Shown here in pieces: positions 8,831 to 21,520 of a DNA stretch of 64,000 nucleotides (position 1 is the first letter of the stretch; each line of letters begins with the position of its first letter). Source of the stretch: Acidobacteriota bacterium (GTDB lineage: Bacteria; Acidobacteriota; UBA6911; RPQK01; JAJDTT01). The notes beneath the pieces are model-generated. The model did no database searches. It was not told the DNA's origin and saw nothing but the letters and a program-made list of their open reading frames with translations. The DNA lies in the NCBI GenBank assembly GCA_965263035.1, contig OZ253580.1, positions 3,936,001 to 4,000,000 on the forward strand, given 5' to 3'. The translations under genes were made by a program, and so were the position numbers.

Positions 8831-10251
8831 CGAAGCAACGGGCCGACGTCGTGGTGGTTGGAGCCGGACCTGGAGGTTACGCGGCCGCGTTTCGGGCGGC
8901 CGATCTGGGACTTGAAGTGGTGATGGTGGATGCTCGGGGACGGCCCGGAGGCGTCTGTCTTCACGACGGATGCATCCCCTCCAAGACCCTGCTCCACGTG
9001 TCGGACCTCCTGACCCGGATTCGCGAGGCGGATCGGCTGGGCATCGAAGTGGGGGAGCCGAGGGTGAATCTGGACCGGCTCCGGGACTGGAAACGCTCGG
9101 TCATCGACCGGCTCGCGGCCGGTGTCGCCCACCTGGCCCGCCAGCGAGGTGTGCGGATGATCTGGGGGAAAGCTCGATTCCTGTCGTCGGGCCGGCTCGC
9201 CGTGGAAGGCGAAGAATCCGCGGAGATCGACTTTTCCCACGCCGTCCTGGCCACAGGCTCGCGGCCGGTCGTCTTGCCCGGCATGCCGATCGACAGCCCT
9301 CGCCTGTTGGATTCCACCACGGCGCTTGACCTGGAGACGATTCCCGAGAACCTGCTGGTGATCGGTGGGGGGTACATCGGCCTGGAACTGGGGACCGTGT
9401 ACGCGGCTCTGGGAAGCCGGGTCACGGTGGTGGAGATGTTGGACGGTCTGCTTCCCGGAGCGGATCGGGACCTGGTCCGGCCTCTGGAGAAACGGATCCG
9501 GAGTTCCTTCGAAGCGGTTCATCTGCGAAGCCGGGTCGGACGCGTCCGGGAATCCGGGGACGGACTGGAGGTGGAGCTGGAGTTGCCGGGTGAAACGGTT
9601 ACACGCGGCTTCGATCAGGTGCTGGTGGCTGTGGGCCGGCGCCCCAATTCGGAAGGCCTGGGCCTGGAGAACACGGGGGTGGCGGTCGACGCGCAAGGCT
9701 TCATCCGGACGGACACGCAGTGCCGGACCGACGATCCGGCGATCTTCGCCATCGGCGACGTGGCCGGCCAGCCCATGCTGGCTCACAAGGCCACCAGGGA
9801 AGCCAAGGTGGCCGCCGAGGTCATCGCCGGTGAGGAGTCCAGTTTCGAGCCGGAGGCGATTCCGGCCGTGGTTTTCACCGATCCCGAGGTGGCCTGGTGC
9901 GGCCTCACTGAAACGGAAGCGAAGGCCACCGGCCAGGAGGTCCGCGTGGTGCGGTTCCCCTGGGCGGCGTCGGGCCGGGCCCTGACCATGGGAAGGCCCG
10001 AGGGCATGACCAAGATGATTCTCGAGCCCGACTCGGGGCAGGTCCTGGGAGTGGGCATCGTGGGAGTCCACGCCGGGGAACTCATCGCGGAAGGAGTGGC
10101 GGCCATCGAAATGGCGGCTCTGGCCGAGGATCTGACGCTCTTCATTCATGCTCATCCCACGCTTTCGGAGACCTTGGGCGAGGCGGCGGAGTTCTTCCTG
10201 GGTCAGCCCACGCATCTGTTTCGCCCGCCGAGGAAACGCCGGAGCTTCTGA
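8821..10251 (+). CDS. lpdA: Dihydrolipoyl dehydrogenase
   Basis: GAGPGGY, GGVCLHDGCIPSK, GGGYIGLE and HAHPTLSE. Confidence 0.96.
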   Translation: MALAKQRADVVVVGAGPGGYAAAFRAADLGLEVVMVDARGRPGGVCLHDGCIPSKTLLHVSDLLTRIREADRLGIEVGEPRVNLDRLRDWKRSVIDRLAAGVAHLARQRGVRMIWGKARFLSSGRLAVEGEESAEIDFSHAVLATGSRPVVLPGMPIDSPRLLDSTTALDLETIPENLLVIGGGYIGLELGTVYAALGSRVTVVEMLDGLLPGADRDLVRPLEKRIRSSFEAVHLRSRVGRVRESGDGLEVELELPGETVTRGFDQVLVAVGRRPNSEGLGLENTGVAVDAQGFIRTDTQCRTDDPAIFAIGDVAGQPMLAHKATREAKVAAEVIAGEESSFEPEAIPAVVFTDPEVAWCGLTETEAKATGQEVRVVRFPWAASGRALTMGRPEGMTKMILEPDSGQVLGVGIVGVHAGELIAEGVAAIEMAALAEDLTLFIHAHPTLSETLGEAAEFFLGQPTHLFRPPRKRRSF

Positions 10252-10256
10252 GGGGG

Positions 10257-10340
10257 GGCAGGAGGGGCGATTTCCAGTCGCCCTCTTCACCCTTGCCCCA
10301 TACTCACCCCGGAGCTCGGCGGTTGGAAACCGCCGCTCCG
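10257..10340. repeat. GGAG-type REP-like doublet
   Basis: GGAGGGGCGATTTCCAGTCGCCC and an inverted partner CGGCGGTTGGAAACCGCCGCTCC. Confidence 0.65.
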
Positions 10341-10407
10341 CCAGTTTGCCTTGGGCCGCCGATCAGGAGTATTTTTGGAGCCGCTTCCGAGAAAGGACCG
10401 GTCCACC

Positions 10408-13113
<2,706 letters not shown>

Positions 13114-13150
13114 CCCGGGATCAGGGAGGGGACCGGTTGAGGCTGAATCG

Positions 13151-13819
13151 TTGACGGCTCAAGGCCAGACCATTGAGCTGCCCATCTTTCCTCTCCCCGG
13201 GGTGGTGTTCTTCCCCCGGGTGATCCTCCCCCTGCACATCTTCGAGCCGCGCTACAAGGCCATGGTCGCCAGCGCCCTGGATGGGAACAGCCGCATCGGC
13301 ATGGTCCTGCTCCGGCAGGGCTGGCGGCGCCAATACCACGACTCCCCGCCGGTCTTCGGAACCGGAACCATGGGGTTGATCACTCAGCCGGAAGAGCTCG
13401 AGGACGGCAAGTACAATCTCTTGCTCCGGGGGCTCCAGCGCTATCAGATCCTGGAATTCCTGCAGGAAACGCCTTTCCGGCTGGCCCGGGTCCGGCTCCT
13501 GGAGGATGTGGCGCCGTCCGAGCCCGACGCCCAGACTCTTTGCTGGAAGATGGCCAAGCGCCTGAACCAGTTGGCGCCCGAGATCCGGTTTCCGCCGCTG
13601 GAGCCGAAATTGGCCGGCCAGCTCGATTTTCTGACCATGATCAACCTGATCTGTTGTTGTCTGGATCTCTCCGTCTACGACAAGCAGAGGCTGCTGGAGA
13701 CGGGCGATCTGGCGGTGCGGGCACGTGGAGTCCTGGGGGTGCTGGACCGGAAGCTGAAGGCCAAGAAACTGGTCTCCGGCTTTCAGTCCCTCCGGCCCGA
13801 GCATCCGGAGAGGAATTGA
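13151..13819 (+). CDS. Stand-alone LON substrate-binding (Lon_N) domain protein
   Basis: LPIFPLPGVVFFP...LPLHIFEPRY and DGKYNLLLRG. No ATPase or protease domain. Confidence 0.88.
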   Translation: MTAQGQTIELPIFPLPGVVFFPRVILPLHIFEPRYKAMVASALDGNSRIGMVLLRQGWRRQYHDSPPVFGTGTMGLITQPEELEDGKYNLLLRGLQRYQILEFLQETPFRLARVRLLEDVAPSEPDAQTLCWKMAKRLNQLAPEIRFPPLEPKLAGQLDFLTMINLICCCLDLSVYDKQRLLETGDLAVRARGVLGVLDRKLKAKKLVSGFQSLRPEHPERN

Positions 13820-13865
13820 GTTCCCGACCCGGCCACCGGCGGAAGCCGGCCGGACTGGATTTTCG

Positions 13866-15992
13866 ATGAGAGCTTCTGGGCTGCTGGCGCTTTGGCTGAC
13901 GACCTCCGTCCTCCCGGCGGCCGCGCCCGGTCTCGTCCAGACGCCGGCTGCTCCGGAACGGAATCTCAGCTACGACATCCAGGCCAAGCTGGATCCGGTG
14001 TCCAAGACGATCGAGGCCCAACAGGTCCTGAACTGGAAAAACTCCTCGGACACACCGGTCCGGGAGTTCCACTTTCACCTCTATCTGAACGCCTTCCGGA
14101 ACAACCGGTCCACCATGATGTGGGAGCAGGCGTTCGCCCCCTTCTGGAGGGACAAGGACCCGATTCCGGAGGACTACTGGGGCTTCATCGACGTTGGTTC
14201 CATCCAGGTCGAGGCGGACGGATCCCAGGGACCCACCCGCGTCGTGAGCCGCCGCTTCATCCATCCCGACGATGACAATGCGGAGGACCGGACGGTGCTC
14301 CAGGTGGAGCTGGACCGGCCTCTTGCCCTCGGCGAGCAAGTGCGCTTTCGAATCGAGTTCACCTCCAAGCTGCCCCGGGGCGCCCGCAGGACCGGCTGGG
14401 TGGAGGACTACTACTTCGTGGCCCAGTGGTTCCCCAAGCTGGGGGTCTTCGCCGACGGCGCCTGGTATTGCCACCAGTATCACTTCCACTCCGAGTTCTT
14501 CGCCGACTTCGGGGACTATGACGTGAGCCTGACGGTGCCTTCCGGCATGGAGGTGGGGGCCACGGGCCGCCGGGGCGCCGAGACCGACAATGGAGACGGG
14601 ACGCAGACTCACCGTTTCCAGCAGGAGAACGTGCATGACTTCGTCTGGGTGGCCAGCTCCCGGCTGCTGCCTCGAACCCGCCGGTTCGAACACCCCGGGC
14701 TTCCCTCCGTCGACATGCGGCTGCTTCTGCTGGAGGAGCACGAGCATCTGGAAGAACGGTATTTCCGAGCCATGGAGCATGCCCTGCGCCTCTTCGGGAC
14801 CTGGTTCGGACCCTATCCCTACTCCGTCCTCACCCTGGTCGATCCTCCCTACAACAGCCGCACCGGGGGGATGGAGTACCCCACTCTCGTGACCGGGAGG
14901 ACCGACTTCTGGTCGCCTCCGGAGACGCTCTCGCCCGAAGGAGTGACCATTCATGAGGTGGGCCACCAGTGGTGGTACGGCCTGGTGGCCAGCAACGAAG
15001 CCGAGGAGGCTTGGCTGGACGAAGGGATCACCTCCTGGGCCACGGACCGGGCCGCTCGCGAAGCCTACTCTCCCAGGGTTCACGTGGAATGGTTCCTGGG
15101 GGAGATCCCGGTGCCGTTCCCCTCCGTGGTCCGGCCCTTCGAAACCCGCAACCTGCCCTGGGTGCGCCGCGGTGGACGCCTCGACGTCATGACGCGCAAC
15201 TCCTGGAGTTTCCGGAACCGGCGCAGTTATTTCGTCAACGCCTACGCCAAGCCCGATATGGTGATGTGGACCCTGGAACGGTACCTGGGCTCCGAGGTCA
15301 TGCTACGGGCCGTTCGGACCTACTTCGAGCGTTACCGTTACCGTCATCCCACGACCGAGGACTTCGTCCGGACGGTCAGCGAGGTGGCCGGCGAGGACCT
15401 GGAGTGGTTCTTCCGGGAGACGGTCCACAGCGCCGAGGCCGTCGATTACGCAGTGACCGAAGCCCGGTCCGTGGCCATTCCGGACCTGAAAGGCATTCCA
15501 CCCGGCGAAGCCGAAGCGGAAGAGGAGGTGACCGTTCCGACCGGCGGCGAGAGTGCCGAGGCCGAGGTCCCGGCGCAATTGGAAGCGGAGGCCCCGGCTC
15601 CGGATCAGGGACCGGAAGTCGCTGGCGATGCCTCAACCGAAGAGGAAACCGCGTCGAAGAAGCTCTACTGGAGCCGGGTGGTGGTGACCCGCCTGCAGGG
15701 AGGGCGGTTTCCCGTCGACGTGGTCATGGAGTTCGAGGACGGGAAACGTTTCCGCCGCCTCTGGGACGGGCAGTACCGGTGGGTCCGGTACGAGTTCAAG
15801 CGGCCGTCGCGGCTCAAGTCGGCCGTGGTCGATCCCGACCGGAAGCTGCTTCTGGACATCAATCCCACCAACAACAGTCGGCTGGTGAAGCCGCCAACAA
15901 CTGGCGGGCGCTCTCTGGCTACATGGAAATGGACCGCGAAGTGGCTCTTCTGGTTGCAGAACCTGATGGAAACCTTCGCTCTGATCTCATGA
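13866..15992 (+). CDS. Exported M1-family zinc aminopeptidase
   Basis: Signal peptide; GGMEYP, HEVGHQWW...WLDEG; acidic low-complexity insert; Trp-rich C-terminal helix. Confidence 0.9.
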   Translation: MRASGLLALWLTTSVLPAAAPGLVQTPAAPERNLSYDIQAKLDPVSKTIEAQQVLNWKNSSDTPVREFHFHLYLNAFRNNRSTMMWEQAFAPFWRDKDPIPEDYWGFIDVGSIQVEADGSQGPTRVVSRRFIHPDDDNAEDRTVLQVELDRPLALGEQVRFRIEFTSKLPRGARRTGWVEDYYFVAQWFPKLGVFADGAWYCHQYHFHSEFFADFGDYDVSLTVPSGMEVGATGRRGAETDNGDGTQTHRFQQENVHDFVWVASSRLLPRTRRFEHPGLPSVDMRLLLLEEHEHLEERYFRAMEHALRLFGTWFGPYPYSVLTLVDPPYNSRTGGMEYPTLVTGRTDFWSPPETLSPEGVTIHEVGHQWWYGLVASNEAEEAWLDEGITSWATDRAAREAYSPRVHVEWFLGEIPVPFPSVVRPFETRNLPWVRRGGRLDVMTRNSWSFRNRRSYFVNAYAKPDMVMWTLERYLGSEVMLRAVRTYFERYRYRHPTTEDFVRTVSEVAGEDLEWFFRETVHSAEAVDYAVTEARSVAIPDLKGIPPGEAEAEEEVTVPTGGESAEAEVPAQLEAEAPAPDQGPEVAGDASTEEETASKKLYWSRVVVTRLQGGRFPVDVVMEFEDGKRFRRLWDGQYRWVRYEFKRPSRLKSAVVDPDRKLLLDINPTNNSRLVKPPTTGGRSLATWKWTAKWLFWLQNLMETFALIS

Positions 15993-17014
15993 CTCTCGCC
16001 GGCTGCGCGGCTCAGGGTTGGCGGCATCTGCCGGCCCACAAGAAGTCGATCCTCTATCTCTATCTGGTGATCCTGGGATCGGCGTCCATCCTGCTCCTTC
16101 CCTTCATGGAGAGCTTCGAGTCCTCCTTGGGATCCGGCATCTATCGGGAACGGCTGGTGACGGTTCTGGACTACGACTGGTACCAGCTCTTCCGGGACCG
16201 GGTGCAGGGGGCGGGCGAGAGCTTCGGTCCCTGGGTCCTGGGAGCGGGTCCCTTCCTCCACACCCTGGAGGTTCTGCTGAAAGACGGCTTCGGCAAGTTG
16301 CCGGCGGCGGTTCTCGGCGCCGCTGCCATCTATCTTCTGCTGCACACCTTCGTACTCTCGGCGGCGGTCAGCTCCCTTCACCTCCACCCCGGCGGGGCCA
16401 GCACCCGGGGGTTCCTCCGCAACGGAGCCGAGTATTTCGGCCGGTTCCTCAGGCTGAGCCTGCTGGCGCTTCTTCTCTACTGGTGTCTGAGGCACGTGCT
16501 CCTGACCCCAGTGGACGGGTGGGTCGACTCGTTTTCCGACGCCGCCGCGACCGAGGTCACCGGTTTCTACCTCAGTCTGGCGCGCTATCTTCTGGTCCTC
16601 GTCCTGGTTCTGGTCCTGGACCTGATCCTGGACTACGCTCGAATCAAGGTCGTCCTGGAAGACCGCACCAGCGTTCTGTTGGCGGTGGTGGCCGCTGCCG
16701 GATTCTGCAAGAGGAATTTCCTGGGCGCCACAGGGCTCTATCTGCTCCTGGTGGGTTTCACCCTGGTCTGGGCCGGCCTGTATCTGGGCTTCGATACCCT
16801 GGTCGGAGACGATTCCTGGGGAGGAATTCTGGTGGCGTTCGTGGTGCAGCAGATCCACATGCTGGGCAGAATGGCGCTGAAGCTCCTGGGCTTCGGCGCC
16901 CAGATCCAGTTCGTCAAGAGCCGTGATCCCTGGTTTCGCGACCGGGAACCGGAAGGAGCGGAGACATCCTTGTCCCCCACAATCCCACGAGAAGGAGTCG
17001 AGGGAACGGCGTGA
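15989..17014 (+). CDS. Multi-pass membrane protein of unknown function
   Basis: About 6 hydrophobic segments. ATGA overlap with the M1 stop; start MTLAGC. Confidence 0.75.
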   Translation: MTLAGCAAQGWRHLPAHKKSILYLYLVILGSASILLLPFMESFESSLGSGIYRERLVTVLDYDWYQLFRDRVQGAGESFGPWVLGAGPFLHTLEVLLKDGFGKLPAAVLGAAAIYLLLHTFVLSAAVSSLHLHPGGASTRGFLRNGAEYFGRFLRLSLLALLLYWCLRHVLLTPVDGWVDSFSDAAATEVTGFYLSLARYLLVLVLVLVLDLILDYARIKVVLEDRTSVLLAVVAAAGFCKRNFLGATGLYLLLVGFTLVWAGLYLGFDTLVGDDSWGGILVAFVVQQIHMLGRMALKLLGFGAQIQFVKSRDPWFRDREPEGAETSLSPTIPREGVEGTA

Positions 17015-18789
17015 TGGTGCGTCTCCGGTGGTCGTTCCTGGCTCTGCTCTTTCTCACCGGCGCCGCCGGCGCCCGGGACGAAGGACGGCTCTTGGAGCAC
17101 CTGCGTCATCTTGCCTCCGACGAGATGCAGGGCCGAGGGAACGGTTCGCCCGGCATGGAGCGGGCCGCACACTATCTGGCGGAGGAATTCCGCCGGATCG
17201 GCCTGGAGCCGGCTGGGGCCGAGGGCACGTTCTTCCAGCCCTTCACCATCACCACGGGCCGGAACCTGGGGCCGGACAATCGACTGAGGATTCGGGGGCC
17301 CGAGAGCGCCCGAGAGTTCTCGGCCGGCGCCGAGTACCAGCTTGTGACCTATGGACCAAATCGGAGTGTTTCCGGAGAACTATTCTTCGCCGGTTTCGGA
17401 ATCACGGCGCCCGATGATCACAAGTACGACGACTACGGCGACTGGGATGTTCGAGGCCGGGTGGTGGTGGCGTTCGAGCACGAACCCCAGGAGCGTTTCG
17501 CGTCCAGCCCCTTTCACGGCAAGGACCTGACGTCCTATTCCACGGTGATCCACAAGGCGCTCAACGCCCGGAGGCGCGGCGCCGTGGCGCTGATTCTGAT
17601 TCCCGATCGATTCAATCACCCCAAGCGGGGTTCCCGCCGGACTGCGGAACTGGAAACCGTGGCCAACGTGGGGATCCCCACCGTTCGGCTGCCCGGACGT
17701 TGGGGCGAGCGTCTGCTCCGCGAGGCGGGACGGGATCCGTCCGAGATCGACCGGTGGATTCACCATCACCTCACCCCCTACTCGTTCCCCATGGATGGGA
17801 TTACCGTCCATCTGGATGTGGACGTGGTCTCGGTCAGCCACCAGGTGAATAACGTGCTGGGCTATCTTCCCGGTGACTCCGAGGAAGTGGTGGTGATCGG
17901 CGCGCACTATGACCACCTGGGGTACGGGGACGAATCCTCGTTGGCCGAACAACGCTTGGGGCAGATCCACAACGGGGCGGACGACAACGCTTCCGGGGTG
18001 GCCGGGCTGCTGGTCCTGGCCCGTGATCTGTCGGCGGCCCGGCCCGGCCGCACCGTGCTTTTCGCCGCATTTGCAGCCGAGGAGCTGGGACTTCTGGGGT
18101 CTCGCCACTACGTGCAGCATCCGCCTTTGCCGTTGGAACGAACCGTGGCCATGGTGAACCTGGACATGATCGGACGCAGCGACGGCGACGTGCTGATTGG
18201 AGGAGTGGGCACGGCGGAGGAGTTCCGGGACCTGCTCCACGAGGTGGAGGCGAACTCACCGCTCACCTTCAAATACGCCAGCACCCCCCGGGGTTCGAGC
18301 GACCATCTGTCGTTCGCCGCGGCGGGAGTGCCGGTCCTCTTCTTCTTTACCGGTCTGCATCCGGACTACCACAAGCCGTCCGACGACTGGGAGAAGATCG
18401 ACCTGGTCCGAACCTGGCAGGTGGTGGAGGCCGTGCGCCAGACGGTGGGCCGGCTGAACCGTCTGGAGAGTCGACCCCAATTTGTGGACCTTCGGCACGG
18501 GAGGATACCGCTCGACGAGCGGCCCTGGTTGGGGATCGCTCCCGACATGAGCTGGACTCTGGGAGGCGTCCAGATCGAGCAGGTCTTGAGTTGGAGTCCG
18601 GCCCACGATGCGGGATTGCAGGAGAAGGACGTGCTGGTGGAGTTCGGCGGGCGGGAGGTGCGCAATCTTCGGGACCTTCGGAACCTGCTCCGGTCCCGGA
18701 AGCCGGGAGACCAGGTTCAGATCCTGCTGCTGAGGCAGGGCCATCTGGTAGAGGCGACTGCACGGCTGGATCGCCGGTCGGCGCAGTAG
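17011..18789 (+). CDS. M28-family aminopeptidase with PA and PDZ domains
   Basis: GAHYDHLG, NGADDNASG, AEELGLLGS, NLDMIG, SDH, HPDYHKPSD; PDZ motif WLGI...SPAHDAGL. Confidence 0.92.
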   Translation: MMVRLRWSFLALLFLTGAAGARDEGRLLEHLRHLASDEMQGRGNGSPGMERAAHYLAEEFRRIGLEPAGAEGTFFQPFTITTGRNLGPDNRLRIRGPESAREFSAGAEYQLVTYGPNRSVSGELFFAGFGITAPDDHKYDDYGDWDVRGRVVVAFEHEPQERFASSPFHGKDLTSYSTVIHKALNARRRGAVALILIPDRFNHPKRGSRRTAELETVANVGIPTVRLPGRWGERLLREAGRDPSEIDRWIHHHLTPYSFPMDGITVHLDVDVVSVSHQVNNVLGYLPGDSEEVVVIGAHYDHLGYGDESSLAEQRLGQIHNGADDNASGVAGLLVLARDLSAARPGRTVLFAAFAAEELGLLGSRHYVQHPPLPLERTVAMVNLDMIGRSDGDVLIGGVGTAEEFRDLLHEVEANSPLTFKYASTPRGSSDHLSFAAAGVPVLFFFTGLHPDYHKPSDDWEKIDLVRTWQVVEAVRQTVGRLNRLESRPQFVDLRHGRIPLDERPWLGIAPDMSWTLGGVQIEQVLSWSPAHDAGLQEKDVLVEFGGREVRNLRDLRNLLRSRKPGDQVQILLLRQGHLVEATARLDRRSAQ

Positions 18790-18840
18790 AGGATTGGTTC
18801 GAATCGTAGATTTCCCGGGGATTTCCCGGGTCGCGGGCTC

Positions 18841-19007
18841 CTAGGAGTCTGCGCGGTAGAAATGATCGTAGCGAGAAAGTGGGGAATCGAGGCCAGATTT
18901 TCTCGATTTTGAGGTGCATAGTTGTTCTATTCGCCGAGAAATCGGGGAAATATGGACCGATTCTACCGCTTTTGCAGTAGGTCAATTTCTGCGGCGCAGG
19001 CTCCTAG
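18841..19007 (+). mobile_element. MITE family A, copy 1
   Basis: CTAG-GAGTCTGCGC...GCGCAGGCTC-CTAG. Near-identical to 25231-25396 and to the reverse complement of 35362-35528. Confidence 0.88.
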
Positions 19008-19142
19008 AGCAACAGATCTGGTCTCCGTTCTTCCAGACGGCGGCAGGGCTACTCTCTTCCACTGAAGGAGATGGTGTCCATCCCAAAAGGCTGCACCGAA
19101 ATCCAGATCGCGGTTAGATCACTTAATGTGACAATGTCCTAT

Positions 19143-19302
19143 CAGCCTGTGGCAAAAGTCGTCACGGCATTCGACCGTCCCTGCATCGTGCGCGGACTGT
19201 GTTGCTATCGGCTCACATACTCCCGGTATGCTCCCTCCGTTGCGCCTTGTCCGGCGGGCGCAGGAACGGTCTCGGTGCTCGCGGGACTTTCACCACGGAC
19301 TG
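19143..19302. mobile_element. MITE family B (160 bp)
   Basis: Imperfect 18-bp TIR CAGCCTGTGGCAAAAGTC / GACTTTCACCACGGACTG. 4-bp direct repeat CTAT at 19139-19142 and 19303-19306. Confidence 0.7.
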
Positions 19303-20595
19303 CTATGCGATGCGTTTCCGGTTGCTACGGCGCCGGCGGCCAGAGGAATTGGAATTCCTCCCACGATTGGGCGACCCTCCGCCAGGCCGCATGCCACGTA
19401 CGTTATGACCATAGGCCTGGCGAGGGCGTGGCGGCCGCTCGGCGACGTCGGGCTCAAAGCCGACGACCTTCCGACGCGGAATCGGGGCCCCGATCATGCG
19501 TTCGGTGGCCTGAACCCAGCCGCGATCAATACCGGTGACGAAGGTACAAGCGATACCCTTGCGTTCTGCGCGACCCGTACGTCCGATGCGGTGGATGTAG
19601 GCTTCCGGAGTGTTCGGCACGTCGAAGTTAATCACATGGGAAACACCGCTCACGTCTATGCCTCGAGCCGCGATGTCCGTGGCTACAAGGATATTGAAGC
19701 GACGGGCGCGGAACCCGCTCATGGCGCGATCGCGCTGGGGCTGGGACATGGATCCCTGAAGACCTACGGCTCGGTGTCCGTCCCTGCTCAACTGATGCGC
19801 TAATCGCCGGGCGCGGTGCTTCGTACGAGTGAAGATAATGGCCGAGTCGCAATCGTCGCCGGTGAGCAGGTGTTCAAGCAGAACTCTCTTACGCCCCTCC
19901 CCGACCATGTACAGACCGTGATCGACGGTGGCGACCGGGGCTGTACCGGCCAGCTCGATCACGTGGGGATCCGTCAACAGATCGTCCGCCAGTCGACGAA
20001 TCTCTCTCGGCATGGTGGCCGAAAACAGCAGGTTCTGGCGCCGCTCGGGCATCGCAGCGAGAATCTTGCGAATGTCGGGCAAGAAACCCATGTCAAACAT
20101 GTGATCGGCCTCGTCGAGGACCAGCGTTTCTACGTAGCCGAGGCGGAGCACCCGCTGCCCGAGCAGGTCGAGCACGCGTCCCGGACAACCCACAATGATT
20201 TCCGGGTGCTGGCGTAGCGAGTTGATCTGGTTACGCGTCGAAACGCCACCATAGATTGTGAGGGTCTTCAGGCGTGTAAACCTGGACAGCGTGCGGATCT
20301 CAGCCGCGATCTGATTGGCGAGTTCCCGTGTGGGAGCGAGCACCAGAGCTCGAGGGGCCGGGCGGCGCACTTTGAGAAGCCGGTCGAGCAGCGGCAGTGC
20401 AAAGGCCGCCGTCTTGCCGGTGCCGGTCTGGGCCAAGCCCAGCACGTCGCGACCGGCGCGACCCGCGGGAATAGTCTCCTGTTGGATCCGCCAAGGATTC
20501 TCGAAGCCAATGCCGCGAATGCCGCGAATGAGGGCTTGATGGAGTTCAAACCGTTCGAAACCGTTCGAAACCGTAGATACGAAACTAGAAATCAA
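19303..20595 (-). CDS. rhlE: DEAD-box RNA helicase, RhlE-like
   Basis: AQTGTGKT, PTRELA, DEAD, SAT, ARGID, HRIGRTGR and basic tail. TTG start at 20595 chosen from the GGAG RBS. Confidence 0.9.
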   Translation of the reverse strand: MISSFVSTVSNGFERFELHQALIRGIRGIGFENPWRIQQETIPAGRAGRDVLGLAQTGTGKTAAFALPLLDRLLKVRRPAPRALVLAPTRELANQIAAEIRTLSRFTRLKTLTIYGGVSTRNQINSLRQHPEIIVGCPGRVLDLLGQRVLRLGYVETLVLDEADHMFDMGFLPDIRKILAAMPERRQNLLFSATMPREIRRLADDLLTDPHVIELAGTAPVATVDHGLYMVGEGRKRVLLEHLLTGDDCDSAIIFTRTKHRARRLAHQLSRDGHRAVGLQGSMSQPQRDRAMSGFRARRFNILVATDIAARGIDVSGVSHVINFDVPNTPEAYIHRIGRTGRAERKGIACTFVTGIDRGWVQATERMIGAPIPRRKVVGFEPDVAERPPRPRQAYGHNVRGMRPGGGSPNRGRNSNSSGRRRRSNRKRIA

Positions 20596-20965
20596 AATAT
20601 TTTTCTCCGCCGTGCGCACACAGGCAGATCCTGTACGGCACGACTGTAGTTTCCGACCCAGACAACAGCTAAGGGTAAGAGGGATTCGTGGGCGGCGCGA
20701 CCTTGGAAGGATTACTAAAGAGGTACTGTTGATCGCCACTTTCGGGCTGAGCCCGATCAGGGAACAAACAGGATAGCTGTTCTTGACGATTATTACCACC
20801 CGGGCACTCGCCATCATCCTGATACCGAGGCCAATTGAGTATTGCGGATTGTTGATGCAGTGCCTATCAGCATGACCGCCACCCGCCAAGCGGTGCGCCA
20901 GGATGAGAGAAGTGAAGGATCTCAATGACCGCTCACTCCAATTGCCCAGGTGTGAGGCATCCCGG

Positions 20966-21520
20966 TCAGCAAGCCTCGGCTTCGTCCTTTTCCGCGTAGT
21001 CCGAGGCTTTGAAGTCCGTCCATGCTTGGGCTCGTACCTTCCGTGCCTGCTCACGAAGATCGACGGCTTTGGCGCGGGCGTCGGCGAGGGTGATTGTCAT
21101 GGCGACCTGTTCGTTCTTCGGCGGGATGGAAAAAGTGAGGCCCAAAAAGCGGTTTTCGAGATGTTCTTCGTCGTTGGTGAAGTCCGGTCACGTTCGCTCC
21201 GATCTGGCGCCGAACATCGGAGATACGGAGAATCTCCATCAGAAACGTCGCGTCAACCGGCGCGGGTTGGCGCGCAACGGACCGGAAGATCTTGTCGCAA
21301 AGCAGGAGTTTCGGGCACCTCTCGCTAATCAAGGCAGTTTCGCCGACGAGCCGCGTGATGTTGACGCGGCTAATCAGGATTTGCCCTGGCTTCGCCTCAA
21401 GGCGTGGACGCGGCTTGAGGTGTTTGGGCAGAGTGGGTTGTGTTGCAACTTTGGCCGACGGCGGCTGGTAGCCTGAAGAGATCATGGAGAAGGCAATCCG
21501 ACCGCCGACCTTCAGGACTT
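20966..21520 (-). pseudogene. Type I restriction-modification specificity subunit (HsdS-like) C-terminal remnant, frameshifted
   Basis: Across two frameshifts reads GQILISRVNITRLVG...LLCDKIFR...VRRQI...G/SPTTKNISK/LTFSIPPKNEQ, the TRD plus conserved P..EQ pattern. 5' limit is approximate. Confidence 0.65.

Noticed and set aside
18790-18810. GGTTCGAATC T-loop-like motif at the islet boundary as a tRNA fragment or att site
   Set aside because: Only 10 bp, and the flanks do not match the tRNA-Ile T stem or acceptor.
20596-21054. 153-aa N-terminal extension of the DEAD-box ORF
   Set aside because: Non-coding composition, overlaps the hsdS relic, and a good RBS plus TTG exists at 20595.
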